Under the pieces are notes generated by a model, which was not told where the DNA came from, ran no database searches, and was given only the letters and a program-made list of their open reading frames with translations. The translations under genes and the position numbers were made by a program. 64,000 nucleotides of DNA. Origin: Vitrella brassicaformis CCMP3155 (Eukaryota > Protista > Chromerida). Positions 21,679 to 33,319 of the stretch are shown here, in pieces (within the stretch, counting starts at the first letter, position 1; each line of letters opens with the position of its first letter). The stretch covers positions 26,326 through 90,325 of the forward strand of contig CDMY01000387.1 in assembly GCA_001179505.1 (NCBI GenBank), read 5' to 3'.

Positions 21679-24600
21679 TCAGTCATGCCACGATTCCTCG
21701 TCGAGCTCGTCCTCCCCCCAGCCCTCGCCCAGCCCATCGCCATCCACCACCTCATCATCGTCATCGCCCGCATCAGACACGCTGCCATACGCGCCATACG
21801 AGTACCAATCGTACATGTAATCGTTGTAATCGTATGGACCCCCTCGCCATCGTATGCTCTCGAAGGCCTCGATGGCCTGGCCATCCAAGCCCAGGTCCTG
21901 TGAGAGGTACGTCCTGATTGCCGTGTCAGTGTCAGTGCGGCTCGGCGCCCTACGACGCCTGACGCTCCCGGGAGGCCCCTGGTAGTGGCTGCCGCTGCTG
22001 GCTTCGGGCTGCGAGGTCTTGTTATGCTGAGCGATGTAATGGAGAGTAGTGCCTTCACGAATGGCGAAGAGATCCTCGATCGATAGTGAGAATGACGCCA
22101 CGCGGCGGAAGGGAGAGGCATCCAGCCGGAAATCTACAACCCGAAACGAACAAGCAGCCAACAGTGGTTTGAAGGGCGGCATGTGCGTCCCCTCTTTTGT
22201 GTGAGTGAGTCACCTTGGTGTGAGCCTGGGAAGATGCCAGCATTCTTGTACTCGCCTTGGCTGGAGCTCAAGAGATCCAAATACGCCAACAGTCGGCCCT
22301 TCGACTTGCCCTGCACCAATACAACCACGCGACGTGTCACATGTATGTTACATCTGTGATTGGTTGGGGTTGGGTCGCTGCGTACCAGCCCTGTCAGAGA
22401 GTCTTCAGTGTCGTCTGTCTGAAGCTTGGGCTGAGGCGCGGATGCAGGGGTGTACTGCTCGATCGGGTTGCCGTGGTCATCATACGTCAGCTCTGATGCC
22501 TTGTCACGCTCTCGATCCACCAGTCCACCACCACGCTGCATGCATGTACCATATCACCCCCACAGGCACACAGACAGACATGTTTCGTAGAAAGGAACGC
22601 CCAACCTCTTCTCAGCCCTGCTGCTCACCGATGTGTGGTCCCGGTAGAGAGAAGACAAGGCATTGAGCAGCGGATAGCTGAAGCAGCCAAGAACTCCGCC
22701 CAGCAGCAGCATTCCTTCGCTCCACTCTAGCCGCCGATTGGTCAGCAGCTGATGACGCCGGCCCTGCTCGCAGCTCGGGGAAGAAATACACGCGGCTGTG
22801 TGTCATCTGGAAGGGGTGGAACATGCCATCATACCGCCACTTGCACTCCTTGGGTGCATACGAGCTGTCGGCAGTCGAGGATACCGGGAAGCCGGCGAGG
22901 GCCAGCGAATGGGTAGAGTGTCCCACCCACAGGCCGAATGAGGGGGAAGGCTGAAAGTAAATTGCAGCCTTTCCACACTGTACCTTGAGCTGCTGGCCTC
23001 CGACGCCAGGAAAGGCAGAAGGGAGGGTGCGAGGGATAGTAAGGGCTCGGGGGCTAGACAAAGGCCGCTCAGAAGTCTCAGTCGCGATGGCCTCTGGAAT
23101 GATCCGCACCTCCGTGCCGAGCCTGCTGTCCAGCCGCACCTCAGTGCCGCTCATGTAGTGCACCACACGAAACCGAAGCACCTCCTGCCGGCGCCAGACA
23201 ATGCCAACGTCGCTAGTGACGGGCGTGGGGACATTGTCCTCCCAAGGACCGTGATATGGGAGGCCAAGAGCCACGATCGTGTCGCCATGGCGAGGGTCAC
23301 GTTCAGCCAACCGGTCACGTTCAGCCAACCCTGCAGACAGAAACAACGCATCGGAGATCGTGAGGGCAGACGTGAAGAGTGGCCTGCTCTTCCTGACAGA
23401 TGCTTTTCCCCACCTGGCATCGCGACTGCCGACGGACGAATCGCGACTGCCGACCCACGCATCGTGACTGCCGACCCACGCATCGCGACTGCCGACCCAA
23501 CCGGGCCCGTGAGCGGATGAGACACTGGCTGTTGTCGGCGAGCCCTCGTTTCCCTGACACTGAAAAGGGTCGCCCCCAATCTCTCGGACAGGCGCAGCAG
23601 CACGCCGACGAATGGCGACCCTGCGCTCACGAAGAACGACACCTCAGGATGCCAGAAGGGGACGTTGCTCCCAATCTCCTCCCCATCAATCTTCTTGGGC
23701 GGCGGCTCTTTGCTCGGGTCGAACACCGATGTAGTCAGCCGCTTGCCGTCCGGTGTGAAGGTCTCCAGCCAGATGGCCGTCGGCAGGGGGTCGGGCGGCT
23801 CGCGATGGTAACGTGCCTGACTGACAGGGGAGGGCACCCACGCCTGGCGTGCGGGAGAGGCTCCTAAAGCCCTTCCTCTCGGCCTGCCCCTCCCTCCACC
23901 CCTCCGCCGTGATGGCCAAACGGCTGGTGCTGCTGCTGGGGGTGGGGGTGGGGGTGGTGGAGGCGGGGGGAGAGGGTTCCACTGTGGCTTCGTCCATACT
24001 TGAGTGAACCGAACCAGCACGACACTGCCGTCCACGCCAGCTTTCGTCGGGACCAGCAGCGCCGCGGGGGACAGCCGCTCGAATGACGAGAGGCTTCCTC
24101 GAGGGCTGCCACTTCTGCCTCGAACATCAGGCGGTCCGCCTCGTATGCGGAGACTTCGGGATAGTACCGGCTGTCACACCCTCGTGCAGCGCCCTCGTTT
24201 GAAGGAGGACTCTTCTTCGGTGGGCGCGCCGCGTGCGACTTGCAGAAGAACGCCCTGCAGACCACACAGTGAGTATGCTTCGAGTGATGGTCGGTGTCTG
24301 TGCGTCTTGACATACCTGCCGTGTGCCACGAACATAGTGGTGGGGAAGAAGGACAGTCTGCCACAGGGCTTCCACTCGTCCGTATGGGCGTCGTAGCGCG
24401 ACACGAAGGCCTCTGGCGCCTGAACATTGAAGGCAGAGACGCAGTAGAGGCAGCCGTGGAGGACGAAGCCATTGCCCTCCTCAGACGTCCTGCCTGGCAA
24501 AGGGCCTGCACACAAGACAAGACACATGCAGTGAGTGACTCACAGACATCGACCTGCCAGATCTTGCCTCACGTGATGGTGTCGGCTTTGGCGTGAATGA

Positions 24601-25341
24601 AGGAAGCAGCCGCACACGCGTCTTCTTCACCCTTTCCTCCGTCTCACGATCGGCCACCGAGAACTGCTTCCTGTGCCACTTGGCGAAGAGGGATGACAGG
24701 TTCCTCGGCAGGTCGCCCCAGCACTGCTCCGATGGGGTGCCCAGGAAGAGGACACTTGTGCCGGTGTCCCAGAAGAAGTCGCGCAGACTGCCCGCACACC
24801 ACTGCTCCGCCGCGGTAAGCAGTAGGGAGGGGAGGAGGGACGATGGGGGAGGGGCGGAGGGCTCGTCCATGAGTGGCTGAAGGCCGCATCCCTTGGCAGT
24901 GTTGACGAGCCACCTCTCGACACCGTCCCACGGGCCGTTGGCTGCCTCGCCATCACCTCCCTGCAACGCAGATAGCACGCGGACCAGGAAGTCGAAACCC
25001 AGGGCCGATGACGCCTCGTGGACGACGGCACAGGTCACGCCGCCGACTTGGATGAAGGGATTCGAGCTGGATCCGTGCATTCGGCCCTCGTAAGCTGTGA
25101 GGATGTGCTCGAGAGGGGAGCCTCTGAAGAGCTGGAAGGTGGCTGCGGGAATGGCGACGTGGACGCCACGGGGAGAAGCAGATCCGTCGACAGGTGCCTC
25201 CTGCTCCAGGAAGAAGACATTGATACATCCGTCATCGCCAACGTTGGGTCCCTCGATGCTCCCTTCAGCGTATGAGTGACCATCCGGGTGAAGCAGCGGA
25301 GGGTTGAAGGGCGAGGCAGATGACGATGCTGCCGCTGCCAT
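21679..25341 (-). CDS. Large lineage-specific hypothetical protein, multi-exon; weak BTB-like/kelch-like segments
   Basis: Long same-strand ORFs (24481-25512, 23151-24035, 22612-23346, 21679-22182) linked by GT-AG introns, with an acidic C-terminus. Start placed at MAAAASS (25341) because a TGCGAGCT motif lies 42 nt upstream; the alternative start is 25512. Confidence 0.6.
23417..23500. repeat. 21-bp tandem repeat x4, coding GSAVAMR-like heptads on the - strand
   Basis: gcatcgcgactgccgacggac / gaatcgcgactgccgacccac / gcatcgtgactgccgacccac / gcatcgcgactgccgacccaa. Confidence 0.9.
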
Positions 25342-25382
25342 CCCACGAACAACGCTGATTCCAGGGCGGGTTCTTAACCTCA

Positions 25383-25390
25383 AGCTCGCA
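25383..25390 (-). promoter_or_regulatory. TGCGAGCT candidate promoter motif upstream of the large hypothetical gene
   Basis: caagctcgca, 42 nt upstream of the ATG at 25341. Confidence 0.45.
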
Positions 25391-25899
25391 TTCAATCCGG
25401 CCGGTTTCGGCGAGGATGCTGCCCGGATGAGCTGCTGCGTGTTTTCCAGTCGTGCGGTACTTTCGTGCTTATCTTCTTGGTCTGCTGCTGGCCGCCGGTG
25501 CGGCATGCTCAAACAGCACCAGCGGTGGACGCCGCAGCACAGTGGATATCATGAATGACAGTCAGGCGCTGGCACACCGTTTGGTCCACGTTATTGGTTG
25601 TTGGAGGACACACTCTTCGTTTGTCCGTCTTCTCATGCATGTGTGTGTGGGTGTGTGTGTGCTGCAGATGTGTGTGGCGGTATTCGACATGCCTGCCTGT
25701 GACCCATTCCGAGACCACGCTGGCCGACCAAAGAAGGGTGTCAAGGCGGACCCAGCGATGATTGACACAGCGATGATTGACATGACCCACACACATGGCC
25801 CGCGCGCACAAGGCATCAGCCGCTCAATCCATGTGTCTGTCACTCAATAAGTAATGCATTGTCGGCCGATGATGTCTGTCTGTCTGTCTGTTTGTCCGT

Positions 25900-26563
25900 C
25901 TGTCCGTCTGCGTGGCTGTGCGTGGCTGTGTTCGTCTGCTGCTCCACCGATATGCAACGCTCACTGGCGGCCTGAAGCAGACAGAGGCCCAAACACTCGA
26001 GGTATTGGCCGTCCGTAGTGGTGCATGACTGAAGACTCACGTACCGGCACTGCGTGTCATGTGTGTCTGCGCCGCTGCACTCATCGCGCTCAGCTGCTGT
26101 GCCATGGTGCTATCCTCCTTGGACCGGTTTGGGTCTGTCACACTCGCAGCGATCGAAGCCGCCCGCATAGACTCAGCTGCCTTCTCCAAGTTGTTGACGG
26201 CATTGCTCTCGTCGCCGCTCGTGGAGATCTCAGCGACAGCCGCGTCAGTGTATCCCTTTGCCGACTGCAAGTCGCTCATCTGTGTGTGAACACAACAGGA
26301 TAGTGCATCATTTCAATCATTGCTTCCTGAATTCACTCACTCACTCACTCACTCACTGCTGCCTTTGCCTCCTCTCACCTCTGCTTCGCTGGCGGTGCTT
26401 GGATGAGTGGCCATCGTGACAGCGCCTGCACAGAGGCACAACCATACACAATCATTCATTCGTTGCGTGCTTTGTTTGATGCGTGAGCACCTCTGCGTCG
26501 AGCAGCATTGGCGTTTGACGCCAGGAGGGCAGCGAGAAGCAGCAGGGAGACCATCAACGGCAT
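25900..26563 (-). CDS. Small secreted Ala/Ser-rich hypothetical protein; 3' end uncertain
   Basis: MPLMVSLLLLAALLASNANA signal peptide, spliced to GAVTMATHPSTASEAE, then MSDLQSAKGY...THMTRSA, then VMHHYGRPIPRVFG. Confidence 0.55.
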
Positions 26564-27093
26564 CTCGTGGAGAATCGATGAGCTTTTCAGCTTTGTTTCC
26601 GTTCGAATGACCACCTGAGCACGTACAGAGCACACATGGATGTGTACAGGTGGTGTGTACACGAACCTGTAACCACAGAAGGCAATGAGCTCGTGTGTGC
26701 GTGATAGTCCTGACTGTGAGTGTGGTGTGCTTACTGGGTGTGTGTAGTGAGTGGCGTGTCCTGAATGTGTGTGTCCATCCATCTGACTGACTGCATAGAT
26801 TCATTCAAATGATAATGCATACGGGTGATGTGACATTCATTTGAGTGCATCCAAATATCAATCGGTCCGCCTTAGACACCCCCTCCACTCAGACACACAC
26901 TCCCACCACCGAAGTGCTAGTTAATTCAGACCTCTGCTTCCTCATCCGGCCCATCACTTGAGTGTCATTCATGGCTCCTCCCTCTCCCTGCCCCTCCCCG
27001 TCCTCCTCTCTCTGTCTTTGTCTTTGTCCATCCGGTTGATCATCTCACATCGGTCACCACCATCGAGCAGCAGTCACGTGGAGGGACACACAG

Positions 27094-28212
27094 TCAGGAC
27101 ACACCATACTCTAGCACCATTCCTCTGTTGATGACGTCGTTCTCGAGGCTGAAGTGCTGCAGCACGGCACCCCAGCGGGGCATCGATATGGGGTAGCGGT
27201 CGTCGAGCGGCTGAGACCGATCGGCATTCTCATGTCGCTCGGTCGTCGACAGGTCGATGACACCCAAACCAGCACACACAGACCGGCCGACGAACAGTTG
27301 GGCAGCGATGGTCTCGTTCGGCCGGAAGCCGCTCACAGTCACAAAACGATAGTCGATTGGGTGGGCATAATTCAGGTTGCCGTTGTCGAAGCGGTAGTCC
27401 ACAGCGATCCCCTGCTGCTCGCTGATGGGCTCAGTCAGCAGACAGCGATAGCGGGGATCATTGTCGTTGATGCATGCAGTCAGCACCCACCTATGGCCCA
27501 CCCCCGCCTCACGGTGCCACAGCGTGAGCAGCATGCTCAGCAGGAGTGAGGAGAATGAGCGGTAGAGGTAGTCGGCCTGGCGCATCACGGGATCGGTCGT
27601 CTGGTAGCCGCTGCGATAGGGATTGCCGGCCGGCAGGTCACTCAACGCCACCACACGGAGCGACTGATTGTCGATCCGATAGACACCGTTGCCGGCTTGC
27701 TGCAGCGCCAGGCTCTGTCCGTGGTAGGTGAGCAAGTGGCCGAACAGCCGATAGATGGCCATGGCGAGCGGCAGCTGGTGGAAAGATGTTGGGGAGGGCA
27801 GCGCATCAGCCGACAGCCGCAGGGGCAGAGGGGCATTGGGTGTGAGCCGATAGATGGCGGCCAGCCGAATGAACCGCCCCATCGCCCGCCACTCGGCGCC
27901 ACTGCCCTGCTCCAGCAGATGCACCACCTTCAAGCCGTCCTCCAGACCACCGACGTCGAAGACCAGGACATCTTCGAGCCCCAGACGACCGATGGCCTCC
28001 TGTATGCGCACCTCGACGAGTGTGAGCGCGGCGCTGGCCTTGGCCTGCGGCAATCTGTCGATGCATTGACGAAGCATGGCGCGTCTGTCGGAGTGCGGTG
28101 ACATGGCCATGTCTGCCGCCCTGGTGATGGCAAGGTCGGGCAGAGAGGGGACTGCCGCAGGGGCGGCGGGGGGCTGGGGAGTGTTGGGGGGCATCGGATG
28201 CGACGACGCCAT
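27094..28212 (-). CDS. Intronless lineage-specific hypothetical protein (about 370 aa)
   Basis: A single ORF with globular-looking sequence, ATG at 28212 (MASSHPMPP). The style resembles expanded Vitrella-type families (recollection, not a search). Confidence 0.75.
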   Translation of the reverse strand: MASSHPMPPNTPQPPAAPAAVPSLPDLAITRAADMAMSPHSDRRAMLRQCIDRLPQAKASAALTLVEVRIQEAIGRLGLEDVLVFDVGGLEDGLKVVHLLEQGSGAEWRAMGRFIRLAAIYRLTPNAPLPLRLSADALPSPTSFHQLPLAMAIYRLFGHLLTYHGQSLALQQAGNGVYRIDNQSLRVVALSDLPAGNPYRSGYQTTDPVMRQADYLYRSFSSLLLSMLLTLWHREAGVGHRWVLTACINDNDPRYRCLLTEPISEQQGIAVDYRFDNGNLNYAHPIDYRFVTVSGFRPNETIAAQLFVGRSVCAGLGVIDLSTTERHENADRSQPLDDRYPISMPRWGAVLQHFSLENDVINRGMVLEYGVS

Positions 28213-28697
28213 CGGTGAGTGAGTGAGAGATCTGAATGAATCAAAAGAGGAAGGACACACCAACGAGTGAATGGCAATCAGTCAGTCAGACGACAGCCAG
28301 GGGAGGGCAAGATGCTCTGCTCACCTCAGACAGACACTGTCACAGCAGAGAGGCGGGGGGAGTGAGCCGTGGTGAAGGAGTGACTCTGCAGACGCACAGC
28401 ACAACCGCATGCAGCACCCGCCAGACTGACTGACCCGCCGCTCTGCCTCACCGATGTCAGTCGATGCGATGACGAGTGAGCGTCATCCATTGCTCCGTCC
28501 TGACCATACGTGCAACAGACTGACAGACAGAGACCGGTCTGCACAGCAGACCGTGGGAGATTCATATGTCGTATCTCCCTCACCCGATGCAGCATTCACA
28601 TCCCATTCATGACGATTCATATGTTCTTCTTTCCATTCTTCTTTCCACATTCGTCTTCTTTCCTTTCCCCTTCTCTTTCCACCACCCTCAATGCTCC

Positions 28698-28714
28698 AGC
28701 TCGCATAGCTCGCA
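28698..28714 (-). promoter_or_regulatory. Tandem pair of TGCGAGCT motifs upstream of the MORN kinase
   Basis: agctcgca-t-agctcgca, 62-78 nt upstream of the ATG at 28776. Confidence 0.6.
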
Positions 28715-28775
28715 ACCGCTCCTCGCAGTCGGAATGCCTCTCTCGTGACGGCCCATTGATCTTTTTTCTCCATCG

Positions 28776-31700
28776 ATGGGTAACGAGACGAGTCAGTCGG
28801 CGAAGCGCGTCATCACTTACAACAACGGCGACAGGTACCACGGCGAGAGCATCCAGAGGCTCAGACACGGATACGGCATCTACCAGTACCGGATAGGAGA
28901 CCGCTACGAAGGGTAGGCACATACGGCCCCTCACAGTGGCAGATCTGACAACCGCGCATCTCTCATCCTGTTTTCTCTCAGGGAGTGGTTTCGTGACCGC
29001 AAGCACGGGTACGGCACCTTCTTCCTTGCCAACGGCGACGTCTACTCGGGCCAGTGGAATGAGGACCGCCGCCACGGTCGGGGCATCAGCATCCACGCCA
29101 ACTGGGACAGATACGAAGGCGAGTACCGGAATGACCTGCGCTGCGGATGGGGCATGCTCGCCGAGCAGTCGGGCACCTTCTACGGCCAGTTCCGTGACAA
29201 CGTCAAGCACGGACACGGCGTCCACCTCTCGGCAGCTGGCGACGTGTTCGGCGAGACGTGGCACTCGGGAGAGAGGAAGTCGCGCACACCGCTAGAGCAG
29301 ATGGTGCCCTTCCCTCCTCTCCCGTCATCCGCCCACGCGGCCAAGGCCAAGGGAGCCGCAATCTCAGGCACAGCGCCGTGCTCGCAGTCGTCAGGGCGGC
29401 TGAGTCCCTCTCAGCCCCAGAGCCAGTCAGCCGCGGCCACACTCCCGTCATCCACGCTCAGGCGAGTCACGCCATCCGCGTCGTCATCGCGCCACCAGAA
29501 TGATGCGGACGCCTCTCCCAGCGAGACGGTTGGCCAGCCACTGAAGCCGTCCGCTCACGACCAACTAGCAGAGGGAGAGAGGGAGGGCGAGGGGGGCGTG
29601 TCTGAGGCGTCGCCCGATGAGAGGAATGGAGTGGATGGTTCGACCGGCGAGGAGCAGTCGGAGAGCGCTCCGAGCCCACCTATGGATGCCCGCGACACAG
29701 GCGCTCAGCCTGTTCCCCGGGAGCAGCAGGAGCGGGAGCATGCGTCTGTGGCGTCGGTTGTGTCGACCACCGCATCGTCACACACACAGCCGCACTCGTC
29801 AAGTGAGGAAGCACTGACGTCAAATAAAACCGTTGTGTGTATGGTCAATACGTGGGTTCTCCGTGGTGTGTGTGTGTGTATCTTTTTCGTGTCAGTTGTG
29901 TCGTGGACGGTTGGTGAGGTGTGTCGTTGGCTGAGCCTCCTCGGCCTCGGGCACCTCACATCGCGATTCATCGAACACCACATCACAGGACAGGGTCAGC
30001 TGCCAACCCCATCGCATCGACGCACGCAACCATGTGCTGGATGTTTCGCTCTCTGTCTGTTTGTGGGGTTCATCAGAGTTGTTTGATCTGACGGACAGCG
30101 AGTTGATCGAGGAGCTGGGCATCGACAAGCTCGCGCACCGACAGGTCGGTCGGTCAGACGTGCACACAGGAGAGGAGGGATCAGCGTGTCATCTCTCCTG
30201 TCGCTACCTGCTGCATCAGATCCTACTGCAAGCGTCGCAAAACCTCATGCGCTACGAAGTCAAGCGACAAGCCAAGAAAATCGCCGTAAGCTGCACACGC
30301 ACACGGCAGCGCTTCGTCCATAGGCATACACACCTTATCTCTTTGTGCTGGTGTGTGGGTCAGTGGACGGACATCATAGAGGACCGCGTTCTCCGGCCCT
30401 ACATCATACCACATGAGCAGCTCAAGAGACTCAAAATGATAGGAGAAGGAGGTACGCCAGCCACACAGCACTCCCCACAGAGTTGGAGAAATGGTGTGTC
30501 TGTCTGTTTGTCAGGCTTCGGTCGTGTGTATTTGGGTGAGTGGGCGGGGAATGAGGTGGCGCTGAAGGAGTTCCGGCGCACCGGCATCGAGGAGGCCCGG
30601 GTGCTGCGTGAGTTCGCCACTGAAGTTTCCACCCTCGCCCAGCTGCGCCACCCCAACATCGCCCTGTTTATGGGCATCTGCGTCGAGGCCAAGTACCAGG
30701 TAGGTACCCCCAGCTGCTCACGAAGGAGTCACTCGGGTTGGTGGATGTGTCTGGCATGACGCTGTCTGTCGTGTCAGTGCATAGTGAGTGAGTACGTTGG
30801 CAACGGTTCGCTGTTCGATCTGCTGCATCGCCGCCACCAGAAGCTCCAGCAGCTCTCGCTGCTACAGATATGCCAAGTGGGCGGGGCAAGGCAACCAGAT
30901 CAGATCGTGCACACCTGACCTACATCAATATCATGTCTGTCTATTTTGTGTGTGTGTGGTATGTGGTGTGCAGGGCATTTGCTCGGCCATGGCGTATCTG
31001 CACGGCCTCGGCATCATACACTGCGAGTAAGCGGCCCAGTCCGGACACAACAACGATAGATAGATGACTCTCGGTGTAATGTACATATGTGTGTGTGTCT
31101 GACACGTGTCTGTCTGCAGCCTGAAGAGCTCCAACATACTGTTGGACTATTCACTAAATCCCAAGCTCTGCGATTTCGGCCTCGCACTCAACCTGCTCAG
31201 GCAACGGGTAGGCACTCACACAAAGACACGAATATGAAAGCTCCCTCGGCTGTATCGTGGCTGTGTGCGCACGTGCAGTCGTCGAAGCACCGTGGCCGTG
31301 TAGGGACGCCGCACTGGATGGCACCCGAGGTGCTCCGTGGGGCGGAGTGCACACCAGCTGCCGATGTCTACTCATTTGGAATTCTCCTATGGTATTCTAA
31401 TCCAATTCACGAGTCCTTCTCTGCTGCACATGCCTGACTGACATCTGCGGGTGTGTGTGTGTGTCGGTGTAGGGAGATGCTTGGCGTCAAGATTCCCTAC
31501 GTGGCTCTGTCAGTGCCGCAGATCGTTGCTGCGGTGGGCTGGGGCAAGAAGACACCCGGCTCCCTACCAGACGCACCAAGTAAATGCACACACTGCACTC
31601 CACTGCACTCCACTGCACTGGGGGCGGAGCGCCCTGCGAATGAATGAATGTATGTGTGTGCTGTGCGCCTGTGTGTGTGTCCACCAGGGCGTCTGTCGAT

Positions 31701-32090
31701 CATCATGCGGGCCTGCATGAATGACGACCCATCGAAGCGGCCCGACTTCAAGAAACTCCTGAACGTAAGACACACCGACACACCAAAACAGACAGACAGA
31801 CAGACAGACCTATAGCGAAGACAACCACGACGGTCGGGCATGTTGAGTGCCTATCATTCCACCCTCTTCATTTTGTTTCACTGCAGGTGTTCGGCGACAT
31901 GCTGGAGGAGTGCTGTGACCGTCGGTGCAGCGTCGACCAAGCTTTCCTGGATGGCTACGGCAACCTAGAGCACCACCTCAGCGGCTCCCATGCGCTCTCC
32001 CTCCGCTCTGCCAGCGCCATGGCCGCCGCGGCCAACCGCTCCTCCCTATCTGGTGCGAGCACATCCCTCATGCACGTGCCTGTCCACTGA
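28776..32090 (+). CDS. MORN-repeat + SAM + tyrosine-kinase-like (TKL) protein kinase
   Basis: MGNETS start; MORN repeats (YxGEW...RHGYG); SAM (WTVGEVCRWLSLLGLGHLTSRFIEHHITGQELFDL); kinase GEGGFGRVY, VALK, HCDLKSSNIL, CDFG, GTPHWMAPE. Confidence 0.9.
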
Positions 32091-33319
32091 GCGGCCCGAC
32101 CCACGGCAGACCAGACAGACAGGCAGTGAGTGAGTCCTTACTCTAGGCTGTCTGTGTCTGCCCGCCTGTCTGTGCGCTGCATGCGACTGACTGACATAGA
32201 GAGGAGAGAGAGGGCAGGAGAGATCTCTGCATGGCATGGCAGAGTCACTGAGTCACTGTCCTGTCCTCTTGCTGCTGCTGTGGGTTTGGTTTTCAGTTGC
32301 CTGATGCGCGGCTTTCACAAGAACCCTCTGTCTACCTGCCCATACTGACCTCCACAAGTATCCAGAGCCACGGGGCGATGTGGCCGAATAGGTCGTTTCG
32401 CGACGGAGAGAGGAGGGATGTTCATTGGAGGGATCAGCAGCTGACATACGGCTGCGCATCGTGTCGGTCGTATTTTGACGTGCCGAGAGAGATCGATTTT
32501 CGTGACACCTATCTATCTCGCGACTGCAGTACCGCCTTGTCTGTGTGTCGGTCGGTCTGTCTGTCTATCGGGTGTGCTCTCTCTCTACTTGATGATCGAT
32601 CCAGTCGACCAAGTTGCTGCCTGCTTGCTGCCCGTATATCCCCAGCTGCATTCATTCATTAATATTTCTCTACATGGTCCCTTCTGCATTGCATACCGCC
32701 TGTGTGCATACTTACGTATTTTCCATCCATCCGCACGGCACCTTCCCTGCAGTGCATAGGTCGTTCCGTGACAGAGCGCAAAATTGCCAACCAGCCAGCC
32801 AAAGAGATGAGTCGTGATTTTCGGTCGGTTCCGTTCTGTTGACTGACGCGACGCGACTGGCCGGCAGTTTGTCGGGCTGGTGCATCCGTATGTGTATGTA
32901 TGACTCCATCCACCTACGACTGCATGTGCTGTGCGTGTGTGGCGACCTGCCTGCCTCTTTGACTCTTCCTTCCTCCATCCATCCGTTCACACGTTCAACG
33001 CGTTTATCAGCCGCCCTTAATGAAAAAACCCCACCCAGCCTGCACTTCCCACCCCACCCGTACGTGATGTGTCCATCGACTTGACTTCTCTCTCAAGAGT
33101 CTGTCTGTACATTCACCGTCACACGATGCGAGGCGATGCAGCCCTCCACATGCACACTCCCTCACTCGCCATGCAGCTAAATGATGGATGCCCCACCCAT
33201 CATTCACCGTCTACGACACTCCGACCCCCTTTGTCGGGCAGCAGAGCTAATCCAAGGCATTTATAGGTACAATAGGTCGCCTCACGTCGCCTCGCCCATC
33301 AGTCACGTCACGTCTCCGC

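Noticed and set aside
32388-32780. Two similar ~20-nt stretches (aggtcgtttcgcgacggag / aggtcgttccgtgacagag)
   Set aside because: Too short and divergent to separate from chance.
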